A model generated the notes under the pieces. The model was not told the origin of the DNA. It did not search any database and saw only the letters and a list, made by a program, of their open reading frames with translations. A stretch of DNA of 64,000 nt, taken from Octopus bimaculoides. Its lineage: Eukaryota. The translations under genes and the position numbers were made by a program. This document shows, piece by piece, positions 12,840 through 25,650 of this stretch. The DNA is taken from assembly GCF_001194135.2 (NCBI RefSeq), contig NC_068989.1:36571023-36635022 (forward strand), in the 5' to 3' direction. Numbering within the stretch: the first letter of the stretch is position 1; each line of letters begins with the position of its first letter.

Positions 12840-14700
12840 TCCCAGTACATTAGCATTTGGGAATCGCTGATACAGTCTTCCCCTGACCCCTACTATTCAC
12901 TGGTGCCATTTTTGACATTTGGTAACACTTACTAACGACATTCAGCTTGTGAAAGGAAACACTTCCGATTTCCTATGCCCTTGTTTAATACCATCAAATA
13001 TAAACAGGATTTCTAATTATATCGGCGACACAGGTCACAAAACTGTTAATTCATTGTTGTTAGGTTAAATAAAAAATTAACTGTTATTGCTGGCTATTAA
13101 TCGTACAGCTAGTCTTCGGTATAATAGTTAAAAACTGGTAAGATAAAAATGAAACATCTGCTCCATTTCTAAAATAATAATAGTTATTTATAAAAATGAG
13201 TCTTTTTTTTTGTTTTGACTATAAAAGTTAAGTAAATGGGGAAAGTTGCGTCGTAATTAACTCTGACAAAATGAGATTTGTATAAAAACAAGGTGTAATC
13301 GAAATACCGAAACGAAAACAAACTGTACAGTAAAAAAAAAATTTTACTCTAAGGAGAAAAATCTTTTGATTTTAAAAGTACACGTCTTATGAATTGAGAA
13401 AAAAATTCAGTTAATTTATAAGTATTTTAGGCAATCTTTCGTTTTTATTAAATACAACGTTGAAAAACCTCATTAATTACAAGATGTAATCGTATATAAG
13501 AGTCAGCAGAAATTTCGAAAAGTTTCCACCTTTTTTAACTCCTGAAATTATTGCATCAATCAAAAAGGTTGACAATTCGCAATTTCTGCATTAGAGCTCT
13601 TTTATTTCTGTTTACTTTGTTGTTTTCTGTTAGCCACTTCCATAAGTGTTTTTAAAATCAAAGTATCCCCATCCTATGGAAAATGAAAACCGAATAAACA
13701 ATATTTTTTGTTTTCGTTTCGTTACTTCAATTCATATTTTTATATATTTCTCATTCTCTGTTGGGTAGTTCTTCCCATTCGCAAAATATTATCTATAAAT
13801 GTATGATAAAATCATTTGATTTATTTTAAATGATTAATTAACAGGAGCTTCTATAATATTTCTTTCTTGTAAGTGACAGCCTGAAAAGCCTACCCATCAC
13901 CTGGGAGTTTCGTATTGAAAGCTGATTAAATATTCAAGGGAAGTAACCACTAGAAGATACAGATTTCCTGGTTTAAATTCAATATTTCCATGTTCCGTTT
14001 TTATTTCAAATAATAAATTAAAGAATACATCTAAAACACTTTATATCTTTAGGATATTGTCCAAGAATGAGTAACTATAGGTTTTTAAATAAACGATGTA
14101 GACATTAATAAAATATTTAATTCTTTATATTGTTAGTGTTCGTTTACAATTTAGAATAATCCTGAGCCAGAAGGGTATTTCATTTAAAATTAATTGAAAT
14201 AATACTATATCAGAATAAAGGAACAAAAAAAAAATCGGGATGAAAATGTGAGAAAAAACCGTTCATTATGGTTGCTCATAAAGTAACAGAAATCTCTGGT
14301 ACGTATGCATTTTATTTGATATGAAATGTTTGGATAGTTTTACCGTTTTCATAAATGTTGAGTCATCTTGTTTATGTGTGTGTGTGTGTGATCCCACATG
14401 CTAAAATTCGTGTGCTTTTTTCTTGTTTGATGCAAAGATAATGCGAGAATGTAATGAATTTAAGACAATAGGCGATCAGTACATTCAAAATGATTTTGAT
14501 TCGATTTGGACAACATTTATGTCATATGTTATTTGGTCGTATCAATTGCATGTTCATTTTGTGAAGAAATTACGATTGAATCGATAGAAATGAAGAGACA
14601 CCAGATTAATTATATTGCAGTATTTTGTTATGTCCATTCTCATTCTGAGAACTTATCTCATTTTATTTGTTTCATCTCATTTGTCCCTTCTTGTACAAAT
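12840..14700. promoter_or_regulatory. Second CpG-retaining promoter-like region, with no gene assigned
   Basis: Hand count of about 13 CG in 13021-13500 versus 0 in 5281-5760. ETS motif CGGAAGTG on - near 12960-12967. Minus-strand donor GTAAGT at 12932-12927. Confidence 0.4.
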
Positions 14701-15179
14701 AATTTTAGCGCTTTTCCGTTTTGCCTCTCCCACCTACACTAAGGCGGGCCTTGTTAACAGTATTGTAAATCCCATGCAAAGCAATATATTGGATCCCTGC
14801 ATGTACAACCCACATGAATGTTGCAGCATACGTAGATTAGCAATGGGTTCAAAGATCCATGTCCCTGCCCGGCAACTATCCAGTTATGCTCATGCCTTAA
14901 AACGGTACTAATCCCTAGAATGTGAAGAGATCGATGATTTACTCACAAGCAGTTTGTTGAAAGACATTACCATTGAGAACAAATACTTTTCTCCAAAATA
15001 AAATCTTGCCTAGGAAAAAATGTGTTTCTTTGCAAAGGCAATTTCTTTTGACAAACTTTTACTACATCTCTGAATGTATCCATCTTCGGGTCTTCGTTTC
15101 CTCACCAGAACTACGGAAAGTGAAATGCGGTGAAGAAGACATGAAGAAGGTTGGACTAGTTTTCTCTAACACCGTATCT

Positions 15180-16000
15180 TAGCCCTTTGTAAGGTTTAGT
15201 ATCTTGGCATCTATCTTTACTTTTTCTCATACATTCCTCTTCAATAGGTTCCTTCTACTTTTCTGTACATCAAACATGATCACTTCCCTGCAGATAACTC
15301 CAGTCCTGTCTCAATTCCTTCTAAAACTCTTTACTGAGTTTACTCTGAGGCCTCAAAATTCTGGCCTCTACAATTCAATTATGAGAACTACATCATAGGC
15401 ATACAGAAGTTCCTATGGATAGCTGTACCTAAACTCCTCTGTTGTGGACCTGAAGAGCTACAATAAACAGGATACATGTCTGAATGCTAAGTCCCTCACT
15501 GTACTCACACTTTGCTGATGTCATCTCTATATGGTTGGTACAACTCTCTCAAACTAGTCTTCTACACTTAGCTTTCTTAGTAACCACCACCACATTAACA
15601 AATGCTAAGTTTAGCTGTTTCCTCTTAAGTGAAGATTTCTTTTGTTGATGTCTCAGTGGGAAGAGGGTTTTGGTAGTTCCTTGTTCTGCTGTAAACCCAA
15701 GTCTCTCATCTAAGTCAATTTTCTTAATTAGTTATGGTATAATTTTGTTAAATTTGGTCCATCATTCCAGTTCCTCTATCTGTAGTTGTTTCTATCAAGA
15801 ACATGTTCGCTGCTCTTGAAGCAGCTGATGAGGATAATGCTATACTAATCATTGTGTATAACGCCTCCCTCTAAAACCTGATTGACTCTATGAGTGTCTA
15901 GCTTGAGTTCCTACATTGCCAGATGTTTTCACTGTCTTAGTGACCATTCTTGATAGCTCAGCTGATTCCTTTGCCGCCATCTAAATCACACATTTGATTG
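15180..16000 (-). mobile_element. Old RTE LINE RT fragment
   Basis: The reverse strand gives LFIVALQV.TEEFRYSYP*ELLYAYDVVLII, a degenerate version of the 17.9-kb copy. Confidence 0.7.
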
Positions 16001-16449
16001 TTCAGCTGTAAATCCCATGCACAGCAATATATTGGATCCCTGCATGTACAACCTACATGAATGTTGCAGCATAAGTAGATTAGCAATGGGTTCATAGATC
16101 CATGTCCCTGCCCGGCAACTATCTACCCTTTAACAATTTAGTTAATCTTTTGAGTCTCTGTGTAGTAGTCCTCTTTCCCATGCATTCTTGTAGTTTCCTC
16201 TCCTGGATCCTAACAATCAAAACTAGACTCTACCAAACTTATTCTCCACTTTCTTACATGCAGTATCAGAGAATATCAAATAGGACCAACTATCATACCC
16301 AGGAGCCTCTATGAGGTTGCTAGAAACAGCTGCCAAATTCCTTTTGAATTTTAAAATGTTGTTATAAAAAAAAAGGAAAGGATGTATCAGGTAGCGTAAT
16401 ACTAGGCACCCCTGAAAAGACAAGAAGGTCACTGCTAGAATGCTTTTGC

Positions 16450-16935
16450 TTATATCTCTAGCAACTTACATTACACAACCTCACGTCCCAAAACATTCCT
16501 TATACCCTATCCTGGTCCATTATCTGTAAGGATCCACCCCCATAGAACACTAACCAGGGAGTCTGTAAACTGTGTTTATGGGAGTTTCTTGCCATCCTTT
16601 GCAACCTTAACCCTTCATTACTTAATAGATTCTCAGATGTAATCCTTTCATGTAAACACAAATTCAACTCATCATTTACCCATTATGTAAAATCTATTAA
16701 ATTTCTAAATAACAATACAACCTTAAGTTACAACTTAGCTGCTCTAGCAACATATCCCTTCTACTTACACCACTCCTATTATATGTATCTCTCTTACTAT
16801 TCTCTTTGCACATTCATCTTACCCAGTACACTCTCCTTTACCACCACTCCATCTTCATACTTTGAACTCCTTCTCTTCCTAGCTTTTTCCACCAGAACCA
16901 TTTAACACTACCTATCCCTTGCTCTTGACTTTGCT
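16450..16935 (+). mobile_element. Penelope-like element, GIY-YIG C-terminus and 3' region (copy 1)
   Basis: Degenerate NIPYTLSWSII.KDPP...CKLCLWEFLAIL...LLNRFSDVILSCKHK. Highly similar to about 37750-38207. Confidence 0.75.
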
Positions 16936-16944
16936 ATCAATCTA

Positions 16945-17450
16945 CCCATCCCTGGCAGGATATTGTGAAGGAAGTGTGATTAAAGAGTGCAAGGGGGGAG
17001 GTGAGTGGCGAAGACCTGGGTATATATAAAGTCGGTGGCTACCAGATAGCAATGATACAGAGGAACAGGGCCATGAGGATAGGATTGCAGAGTGAGAGCT
17101 AGGTATAGTGTATGAAAGAGGAAATGTGAGGAGGGGAAGAGTTGGGGTAGGGTGAGTGAAAAGTTTTGTTATGTGTGGGTGGAACACAAAGGTCAGGGGC
17201 TAGCAGATAGCAATAATACAGTGAGATAGGGCATGTGGATGGAACACACAGGTCGGGGGCTAGTAGAGAGCAATGATAGAGTGGCACAGGGTCAAGTGGA
17301 CAGGATTGGGGAGTGAGAGGTAAGCATAGTGCATGAAGCAGAAATGTGAGGAAGAGAAGAGATGTAAAGATGTAGTTTGGTTTGTTGTGGTAGAGTGTGT
17401 GAGAAGCTTCCTTGTTAAGTGTGGGTGGGACAGACAGCACTTCTAGACCT
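16945..17450 (-). repeat. Purine-rich interspersed module with internal subrepeats (copy 1)
   Basis: Closely matches about 39335-39830. At both loci it lies near the same Penelope-like C-terminus in opposite orientation. Confidence 0.7.
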
Positions 17451-17454
17451 TAGC

Positions 17455-18270
17455 TTCATTGATGTAGGCGGGTCTTCTCTAGAACTTCATATCGCCAAAC
17501 ATCTCTGTCGATTGTCATTTCCTCCATGAGGCCCAACATCCTGCTATCAGTCCTTACCACTTCATCCCACATCTTCCTGGGTCTTCTTCTTCTGCGGGTA
17601 CCATCCACTTTCCATGATCGACACTTTTTTATGCACATTACATGTCAAAACCAACGTAGTCTTCTCTCTTGCATGCTACATTTGATTCCTCTTGTGCCCA
17701 ACTTTTCTCTCAATATATTTGCACTTTACTGTATATGTGCACTAATGTTGCACATCCATCGGAGCATACTACCTTTATTTCTCTCCACTCTACCATGGAG
17801 TATAGCTGTTCGCACACAAGCATCATATAATCTACCTTTCACTCTGAGTGAGAGAGAGAGTCCTTTTGTTGCCAACAGAGGTAGTAGCTCTCTGAACTTC
17901 TCCAATTCTGTTAAAGATTCTACAATAAGAACAAGGTCATCAGCATATAGCAGTTCCCATGAGCACCCAGTTTTGAATTCCTCTGTTATGGCCTGGAGGA
18001 CCATAATGAATAAGAGTGGGCTGAGAATTGAACCCTGGTGAACCCCTATCTGTATGCTAAATTCATCACTGTATTCATGGCTGACTCTCACCTTACTGAC
18101 AGCATCGCTGTACATGGCTTGTACAGCTCTAACAAGCCACTCCTCTACTCCTAACTTCCTTAGAGACCACCATATAACAGAGCAGGGAACTCTGTCAAAA
18201 GCTTTCTCCAGGTCAATGAAGGCTAAGTACAATGACTTACTCTTGGCCAAGTACTTTTCCTGTAGCTGTC
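17455..18270 (-). mobile_element. RTE-clade LINE, RT fragment and 3' end, internally deleted
   Basis: AFIDLEKAFDRVP, IGVHQGSILSPLLF and WELLYADDLVL join directly to LPLLATKGLSL.VKGRLYDACVR, followed by GTRRRRRPRKMWDEVV. Confidence 0.93.
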
Positions 18271-18529
18271 ATTGAAATCTCAAAGCTATACAATAGTACA
18301 TGATTAATTCAAAACAATGTTAATAAATAAGCATTACACTTGATAGAGTAATCTGAATGCTAAAGGATTACTCAACATGAGTAATATAAGCCAGCCACAC
18401 ACACTAGCAACTTAAATACTTGAAGTTACATACTACATTTCTGTACTATTTACTAAAGTAAAGAATATAAAATACTGCACAAACACAGTCAGAAAAACTC
18501 TTACCCACTACACTTAGCCAACAGAGAAT

Positions 18530-18860
18530 AAACGAAGCTTGCTTCCCAACCACATGGTTCAGGGCTTAGTCCCATTGTGTAGCACCTTGGGTGTCTTCTG
18601 CTATGGCTTCTGGCCAATCAAAGCCTTGTGATTTGGTAGATGGAAAGTGAAAGAAGCCCGTCATATTTATGTGTGTGTGTCCCACCACTTCTTGACAACA
18701 TCATCGTAACCTAGCAGTTTGGCAAAAGAGACTGATAGAATAAGTGCCAGGCTTTAAAAAAATTACTACCGGAATCAATACATTCTACTAAAAATTCTTT
18801 GAGGTGGTGCCCAAGCATGGCCACAGTCTAATGACTGCAACAAGTAAAAGATAAAAGATT
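18530..18860 (+). mobile_element. SINE family A copy; other + copies at ~20355-20735, 22160-22330, 30010-30372, 35706-36100, 41010-41170, 45135-45365, 52070-52200, 57410-57510
   Basis: Shared head (GCTTGCTTCCCAACCACATGGTTC...GTCCCACTG...GGCACCTTGGGCAAGTGTCTTC) and, where present, the shared tail. Confidence 0.88.
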
Positions 18861-20764
18861 AGTTTACATCCTAGGCATTAGGTTTATCATGAGTTATTCA
18901 TCAGTTCATTCTGGGTATCTAATTTCTTTGCAAAGAACACACAACATAACACAAAAGTTACAAATATAGATAAAAATATTAAAAGTGAAACATTACTTTA
19001 ACCTTGTGATGAATAGAGTTGGTTGCTGCAGCAAGCCCTAACCCTCAAGTCATTCTGAAACATCCAGGACCATCCTAAGAACACTACAGACAAACAAAGG
19101 AAATGTACATAAAGAGGGTATCATTCAATAATATAAACATTCAGACACACACAGATACATACACACAGGGGAAAATACTAGCAGTTGTCAACAGTTCTAC
19201 AATATCTACCTCTTATCATCATCATTTTGATGTCCAATGCTTGCATGGGTTGAATAGAGTTCACTGAGGCAAATTTTCTACAGCCAGATGCCCCTTCCTG
19301 TTGCCAACCCTCAACTGTTTCCTACAAAGGTAATATTTTTCCATGGCCAGACATGTTCCCACCAAAGACTGGAAATGGAGGACACCACTTTTATAACAGT
19401 GACTCTTGTTTACAACTATCATGCAATACCAAGACATAGAGAAACAAACTCAAACACACACTCATGTGCACACATATACACATATCAACTACAGACTCAG
19501 ATCTGTGGTAAAAGACTCTTGTCCAAGATGTCATGCAGTGTAGCTGAAGTTAAAACCATGTGGTTGAGAAACAAGTTCTTAACCACACACCTGTGATTGC
19601 ACCTTCATATAAAAAAAAAAAAAATAAAGGAAGTGAAACAATAGGCAAACTGTAAAAGCACTCACAACTTCCATATTTGACCAACATACAGAACAATTAC
19701 TGATTTGTGAGACAATGATAGAACCATGATTGGTTTGCCTGTTACAGCAGCCAAAGCTTATTCCAGTTACATTCTGCACTCTTAAATAAAGAGTACAATG
19801 AATAAAGTAATCCCAGATTCTGCTACAAAGAGTAAAGTGGTCACAGAATGCCTTCAATCATAAGTATGTTTGATCTGGAGTTAAACAACAACTACTACTG
19901 TGCTGTGATGACATGTGATTCATAGCTAGTTTTCTTTGGCCTGAGTGTTAATCTACATTATCCAGGATGATAGAGCTGTCCCCACACCCCAATGTCTAAA
20001 TGACAAAGGCTTCTTTATTCATAAACACACTACAACCATTATTTCACCCCAGGAATTCTCTATGGCTGATATTACAATAATTTCTGGTCTTCTGAACCAG
20101 TTGTACTATTCATGACAAATCCATTTGATTCTTCTTATCCTCATATTAAACACTTGTTATTCTTGAATCCACTATAATCCTTATCTGCTGGCTCACAGAT
20201 GTTTGATCTGAACTTCATATTAATCAGCCTCACTCAGCAAGATCTCTCTCGAGATATTATGACCATTATTTTTAGATTAATTAGTTGTAAACAAATTACT
20301 GAAAAGATGTTAGTTAAAAGATTTTGTTGTTTGTATCATTATATTACATATTGTAATAGGCACATGACTGTGTGGTAAGAAGCTTGCTTCCCAACCAGAA
20401 GGTTCTGGGTTCAATCCCACTGCATGGCACCTTGGCCAAGTGTCTTCTGCTAAAGCCATGGGCCAACCAAAGCCTTGTGAGTGGATTTGATGGAAACTGA
20501 AAGAGGCCTGTCATATATATATATATGTGTGTGTGTTTGTGTTTGTGCCCCCCATCACTGCTTGACAACTGGTGTTGGTATGTTTACATCCCTGTGACTT
20601 AGTTGTTTGGCAAAAGATATCGATAAAATAAGTACTAGGTTTAACAAATAAGTCCTGGGGTTGATTTGTTTGACTAAAACCCTTCAAGGTGGTGCTCCAG
20701 CATGACCACAATCATGATTGAAACAAATAAAACAATTATATGTATGTATTTGCATGCATGTATG

Positions 20765-21290
20765 TCTATCTTGGTGGTCCTTTGTCATCTTTTCTGTGAG
20801 GCTCAACATCTGAAGATAATTTTTCACCACTTCATCCCACATCTGGGTTTTCCTTTTCCACAGGAAAATTAGAATTTTTTATGCACCTGTCTCCATACAT
20901 ATGCATCAGATGGCTATACCAGCACAGTCTTTTCTCTTGCACACTACATCTGATGCCTCTTATACACAATTTTTCTCTCAACATCATAACACTTTGTCAT
21001 ACATTGCACATCCAATGCAGCGTGCTCGGTTCATTTCTTTCACACCTCTACATGTTATCTACATTCACAGTCCACATTTCACTATGTAACATAGCTGTTT
21101 GTGCACAAGCATCCTACAATCTGCCTTTCTCTCTAATGGAGAGACCCTTTGTTACCAGCAAAGGTAAAGGCTCTCAGAACTTTGCTCAGCTGGTTTTAAT
21201 TCTAGTAACTATGCTTTCAGAGCATCCTCCACTACTGCTGATTTCATTACCTAGGTAACAGAAACTATCTATTATCTCTAAGGAATCCCT
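20765..21290 (-). mobile_element. RTE LINE 3' fragment
   Basis: Similar to 17540-17880 (GCACAAGCATCCTACAATCTGCCTTTC, CCACTTCATCCCACATC). Confidence 0.8.
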
Positions 21291-22471
21291 GGGCATTTGA
21301 AAATATTTGTTTCTTGTGTGTTCTTAGTGTTAATTGTTCCTGTGCATCTGTCACCCACAAAGACTGCTTTCTCTGCTAACGTTCCTGTGATTCCACTGCT
21401 CCTTTTAAGTGTTCATAGCTTGTACTGGGTACACCATATGGAATTTCTACCTACACCTTTTCTACATAGCATGCAGGGCCATTTCCCCAAAAGAATAAGT
21501 AATTTGTCTACTTTCTTGCTTGAGATGATTGGCAATTTACTGTGCTTGAAAGAACCTGTCCAACTAAGTAAAATCAAAACTGTAAAGGCATTTCATTTAT
21601 GTCCATTCCCTGCACACAGTCTGTCTCTATCAAACCTCTCCTCCAACAAACCATCGGCCTGACATCTACCCTATCCCTTCACGTGGGTGCACCACTTGCT
21701 GTAATCTCCTCCCATCTTTCTCCTTTCGCATCCCCGCAAACCTATCAGCACACAATGTGTCCCAGTCGAATCTTTTTCTCATATATCCCACTAACACCCT
21801 CTCCCTCTATTTGTGTCTACTCACACTTTCCTTCTCCTCCATTTCCCCCTTCACACTCTTATGAACTTACCCATCCTTGGTACTACTTATATAATTCTTA
21901 CTATAATCTGAGTGTACCCCACCCCATCACATCTTCACCATCAAGTTGTTGTTGTTACTTGAGTTGGAGGTATGAATATGTGGTTAAAAAGTTTGATTTT
22001 TCAACTGTGTGATTCCAGTCACATTCCCAATGCATGGCACCTTTGACTTGGTTTCCATAGTCTTGAGTTGATTATTGCCTTGTGTGGAGATTAGATTTAG
22101 CAAACAGAGGTGGTGCAAAGGTTAATTATGTATGTGTTTTATGTGAATTACATTGTCATGGCATGGCTGTGGGGTTAAGTAGACTGCTTCTCAACAACAT
22201 TGTTGTAGGTTCAGTCCCACAGTGTGGCACCTTATGTAAGTATCTTTTACTATAGCCCAAGCTGACCAGTGCCTTTGAGTGGTTTTGGTAGTTGGAAAGT
22301 GAAGGAAGTTCATTATCAGATTCCATGCTACTTCAAGTTGCAAAGCCCCAAACGGAGCCTTTTTCATCAGTTTGGTAATACTCTGACGTATTATTACCAG
22401 CCTGAAGGCTCTGTTATGGCCAAGAGCTTTCAAAACTTGAAGTAGCATGGAATCCAAATCCAGATGTTTTG

Positions 22472-22521
<50 letters not shown>

Positions 22522-22530
22522 TTTTTTTTA

Positions 22531-22587
22531 CAAGGTGGTCCAAAAGTAGGTTAACAGTTATTCAACTATTTCTTTCACATTCATATA
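22531..22587 (+). mobile_element. Possible Tc1/mariner TIR truncated by an assembly gap
   Basis: TA|CAAGGTGGTCCAAAAGTAGG resembles TA|CAGGGTG-type termini and runs into an N-gap at 22588. Confidence 0.35.
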
Positions 22588-22899
22588 NNNNNNNNNNNNN
22601 NNNNNNNNNNNNNNNNNNNNNNNNNNNNNNNNNNNNNNNNNNNNNNNNNNNNNNNNNNNNNNNNNNNNNNNNNNNNNNNNNNNNNNNNNNNNNNNNNNNN
22701 NNNNNNNNNNNNNNNNNNNNNNNNNNNNNNNNNNNNNNNNNNNNNNNNNNNNNNNNNNNNNNNNNNNNNNNNNNNNNNNNNNNNNNNNNNNNNNNNNNNN
22801 NNNNNNNNNNNNNNNNNNNNNNNNNNNNNNNNNNNNNNNNNNNNNNNNNNNNNNNNNNNNNNNNNNNNNNNNATTCATTTGTAGTCTTCTGTGAAAAAC

Positions 22900-23225
22900 A
22901 TGTCTGCTTATACTCTTACTCTTTTACTTGTTTCAGTCATTTGACTGAGGCCATGCTGGAGCACCGCCTTTAGTCGAGCAAATCGACCCCAGGACTTATT
23001 CTTTGTAAGCCTAGTACTTATTCTGTCGGTCTCTTTTGCCGAACTGCTAAGTTACAGGAACGTAAACACACCAGCATCGGTTGTCAAGCGATGTTGGGGG
23101 GACAAACACAGACGCACAAACATATACACACACATACATATATATATATACATATATACGATGGGCTTCTTTCAGTTTCCGTCTACCAAATGCACTCACA
23201 AGGCTTTGGTTGGCCTGAGACTACA
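22900..23225 (-). mobile_element. SINE family A copy, CpG-rich and so probably young; other - copies at ~51-197, 30628-30945, 40480-40845, 47585-47930, 56740-56900, 57615-57865
   Basis: TTTTACTTGTTTCAGTCATTTGACTG...GCTGGAGCACCGCCTTTAGTCGAGCAAATCGACCCC...; reverse complement of the + copies. Confidence 0.88.
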
Positions 23226-23899
23226 GTAGAATTGCAAAGCTAGAGTAAAGATAGTGCAGTATTTAGTTACGTCCCCTTTGTTTTCAGTCGTTGATACAGG
23301 TTTTGAATGAATATATTGATTCGTTGAGTTTTTCTCAGTAGCAGGGACACAGAAAAGTGTGGAATTTTGTACAGAACAAATATTGCAAGAGAAAAGCACC
23401 AGATTTTCTCGAAAAGGTTTGATATTTGCTGACATATAATTAGTATATACTGGTTATTGTAGGTTAATCCTTGTCGAGTAGCTCTTATTAACGAACATCC
23501 ATTTGTGAAAATTCGTTTTTTTTTTTATTTAGCGTAGTGAAGGTACATAGCCCAGAGGTTAGAATGTTGGCTCATGATCATAAAGGTTGGTTCAATTCCT
23601 GGACAATGCAGCACACTTAATTTCATAGTGCTCCACTTTACTCAGCTGAAGAAGAGGAGTATCTGTCAGGTGGTAGCGCAGCTCTCTCAAACTGTCACAT
23701 TCTGGATGCACCGTTGGGTCCAGAGAGAGGACCAAGAGGATGTCTATGCCTACTTCTTACTAAAGCAATTAGCGAAAGCATGATACATGTCATCAAACCC
23801 CATGCGGTTGCCAGTGACTACTGCACTGTACTAGTATATCTAGGACTACATTAGTTAATGTTGCTTCTTGTATTTTAAATGCTCAGTTATGATGAGGGA

Positions 23900-25650
23900 A
23901 AATTTGGCTGCTATTCCTAACGAAACTTGTTCGTTGGCTTTTGTTTTAGAAGTTAACCTATTTGTAAATCAGGATGCTCTTCTCAAACTGAGAGGCGAAA
24001 GTAATCATTAAAAAAAACTATAATTTAATTCGACTGTTATAATTTTATCGTGTTTTATAACATAAGAAAACAATTGAACTTTACTCCAACCTACTCCTCG
24101 TCTCCTTTGTCCTATTTATTGTAAATTGTATTAAGTGGTGCTTGCATTCCTTGGAAACCACTTCCTGTTTTGGAAAGTTCTTCAAAATAAATGGTTTCTG
24201 ATTTAGTCACCAGACTAGCAATTTCGAGGAGAGGGGTTTAGTCGATAAAATTAATCCTCAGTACTTAACTGGTACTTTATTTTTACCGATTCCTGTGGGA
24301 TGAAAAGCAAAATTGACTTTTGTATGATTTGAATTCTGAATGTGGAAAAGGCGAAACAAATATCGTTGAGTATTTTATCCGGTGTTCTAACGATTCTGCC
24401 AGCTCGCAATGCTTCTAATATAAGCGTAAGAAGAACCAGAAAAAAAGTAATTTTGTCCGAAATTCTACTCATACCGCTATGATTCTATAGAGTTGTAAAG
24501 AATTTCTATCAATTACAACTGGAATAATAAATAAATAAGACTATTTAATTAATTTTTTTTTTTCAATTAATTAAAAAAAAAAACATTTTAGTTATGAAAT
24601 GTATGATGAATGGCTGGGTGGGGGTTAAATTTTTAAAAATAAAAATGCGAATTACAAGTGTTTCAGAATGCCGAATATTATAAAATCACGAAACAACAAA
24701 AACAAAAAAAAAAGAAGACAAAAATAATTTTAATAGTGATAGCTATTCTGAAGATACGATGACGAGGTGTGGTGAAATTTGAAACTAATGGATTTTGAAC
24801 AACAACAAAAAAAAAAAAAAGCGATTTACAAGTGTTTTGAATTGTGGGACATTGTTAATTGTCGAAAAATCCCAAACCCCCACCAAAGAAATTCCATTTT
24901 ATTCGTGACAGCTATTTCCGAAAGTCCGCATCAGTTTTTCTTTCATAAAGAAAACACAATTATAAATGTGTTAGAAGAAAGTTTCACGTAATGATCTATT
25001 TAATACGAATGTCTATACCCATGGTTATAATTACAGATAACAAAAAAAACTTCTTTTTTTCTGATTTTTATGCATAATCTTATATATTCAATATCCAAAG
25101 AATAATTTTATCCTATGTACCCGGTGATGTTATTATTAGTTATTATACGGCAAGCTGGCAGAATCGTTACCGTGCCAGAAAAGTTTCTTATAAATAACCC
25201 TTTCTATAATAGGCTAGTATTTAACTGGTACTTATTTTTTCGACCCCGGGAGGATGAAAGGCAAAGTTAAACTCGGCAGATTTTGAACTCGAAACGTAAA
25301 GACGGACGAAATGCTAACGATTCTGTCTGCTGGTCAACTTCAAGTTTCTTATAAATAACAGAAATCTCTCAGTTACATTTCGTTTCGCCTTAGAAACATG
25401 TCTTCTTTTTCTATTCCTTGTTTTACTGTTTTGCGTTTCATTGGTGTTCCGAATTTAGTTTTACATAAACCCATTGAAAGTGACACTGTAATGGCGTAGT
25501 GAAGGTGAAACCCTAGCGAGGTAAGTCGCACGTTGTTGTTGAATAACAACTGTTTGTGGGCGGCATGGCCATTAATGCTAGTCACATCTTCATTGTAAAC
25601 ACTCTCTTATTTATTCTAACAACTCGTTTTTATCGCTGTGGCATTTTAAC
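23900..25650. promoter_or_regulatory. CpG-retaining promoter-like region upstream of AURKAIP1
   Basis: Visibly more CG dinucleotides than the flanking DNA. ETS-type CCACTTCCTG at 24158-24167 and a YY1-like motif at 25489. Confidence 0.5.
25440..25520 (+). other. Putative non-coding first exon of AURKAIP1
   Basis: Strong donor GAG|GTAAGT at 25521 within a CpG-retaining region. YY1-like TAATGGCG at 25489-25496. The exon at 33294 has an acceptor and so needs an upstream exon. The 5' boundary is a guess. Confidence 0.55.

Noticed and set aside
13860-13990. GC-richer patch as a possible snRNA or other ncRNA
   Set aside because: No match to U1, U2, U4, U5, U6, U11 or U12 sequences that I recognise, and no convincing stable fold.
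14764-16125. A firm call of LTR retrotransposon or TRIM
   Set aside because: No PBS, PPT or TSD is visible and the second repeat ends TA rather than CA; kept only as an open finding.
18530-18600. tRNA-like sequences at SINE heads as tRNA genes
   Set aside because: A/B-box-like motifs are present, but there is no intact cloverleaf and each continues into a SINE body.
19897-19911. 15-nt identity ACTGTGCTGTGATGA with 51326-51340 as evidence of a snoRNA or repeat family
   Set aside because: A few chance 15-mer matches are expected in 64 kb (about 4e9 pairings versus 4^15, about 1e9). This copy has no matching right arm and no well-placed D box.
22512-22973. ORFs spanning N-runs (also 3694-4242 and 48555-48955)
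   Set aside because: Their length is an artefact of assembly gaps translated as X.
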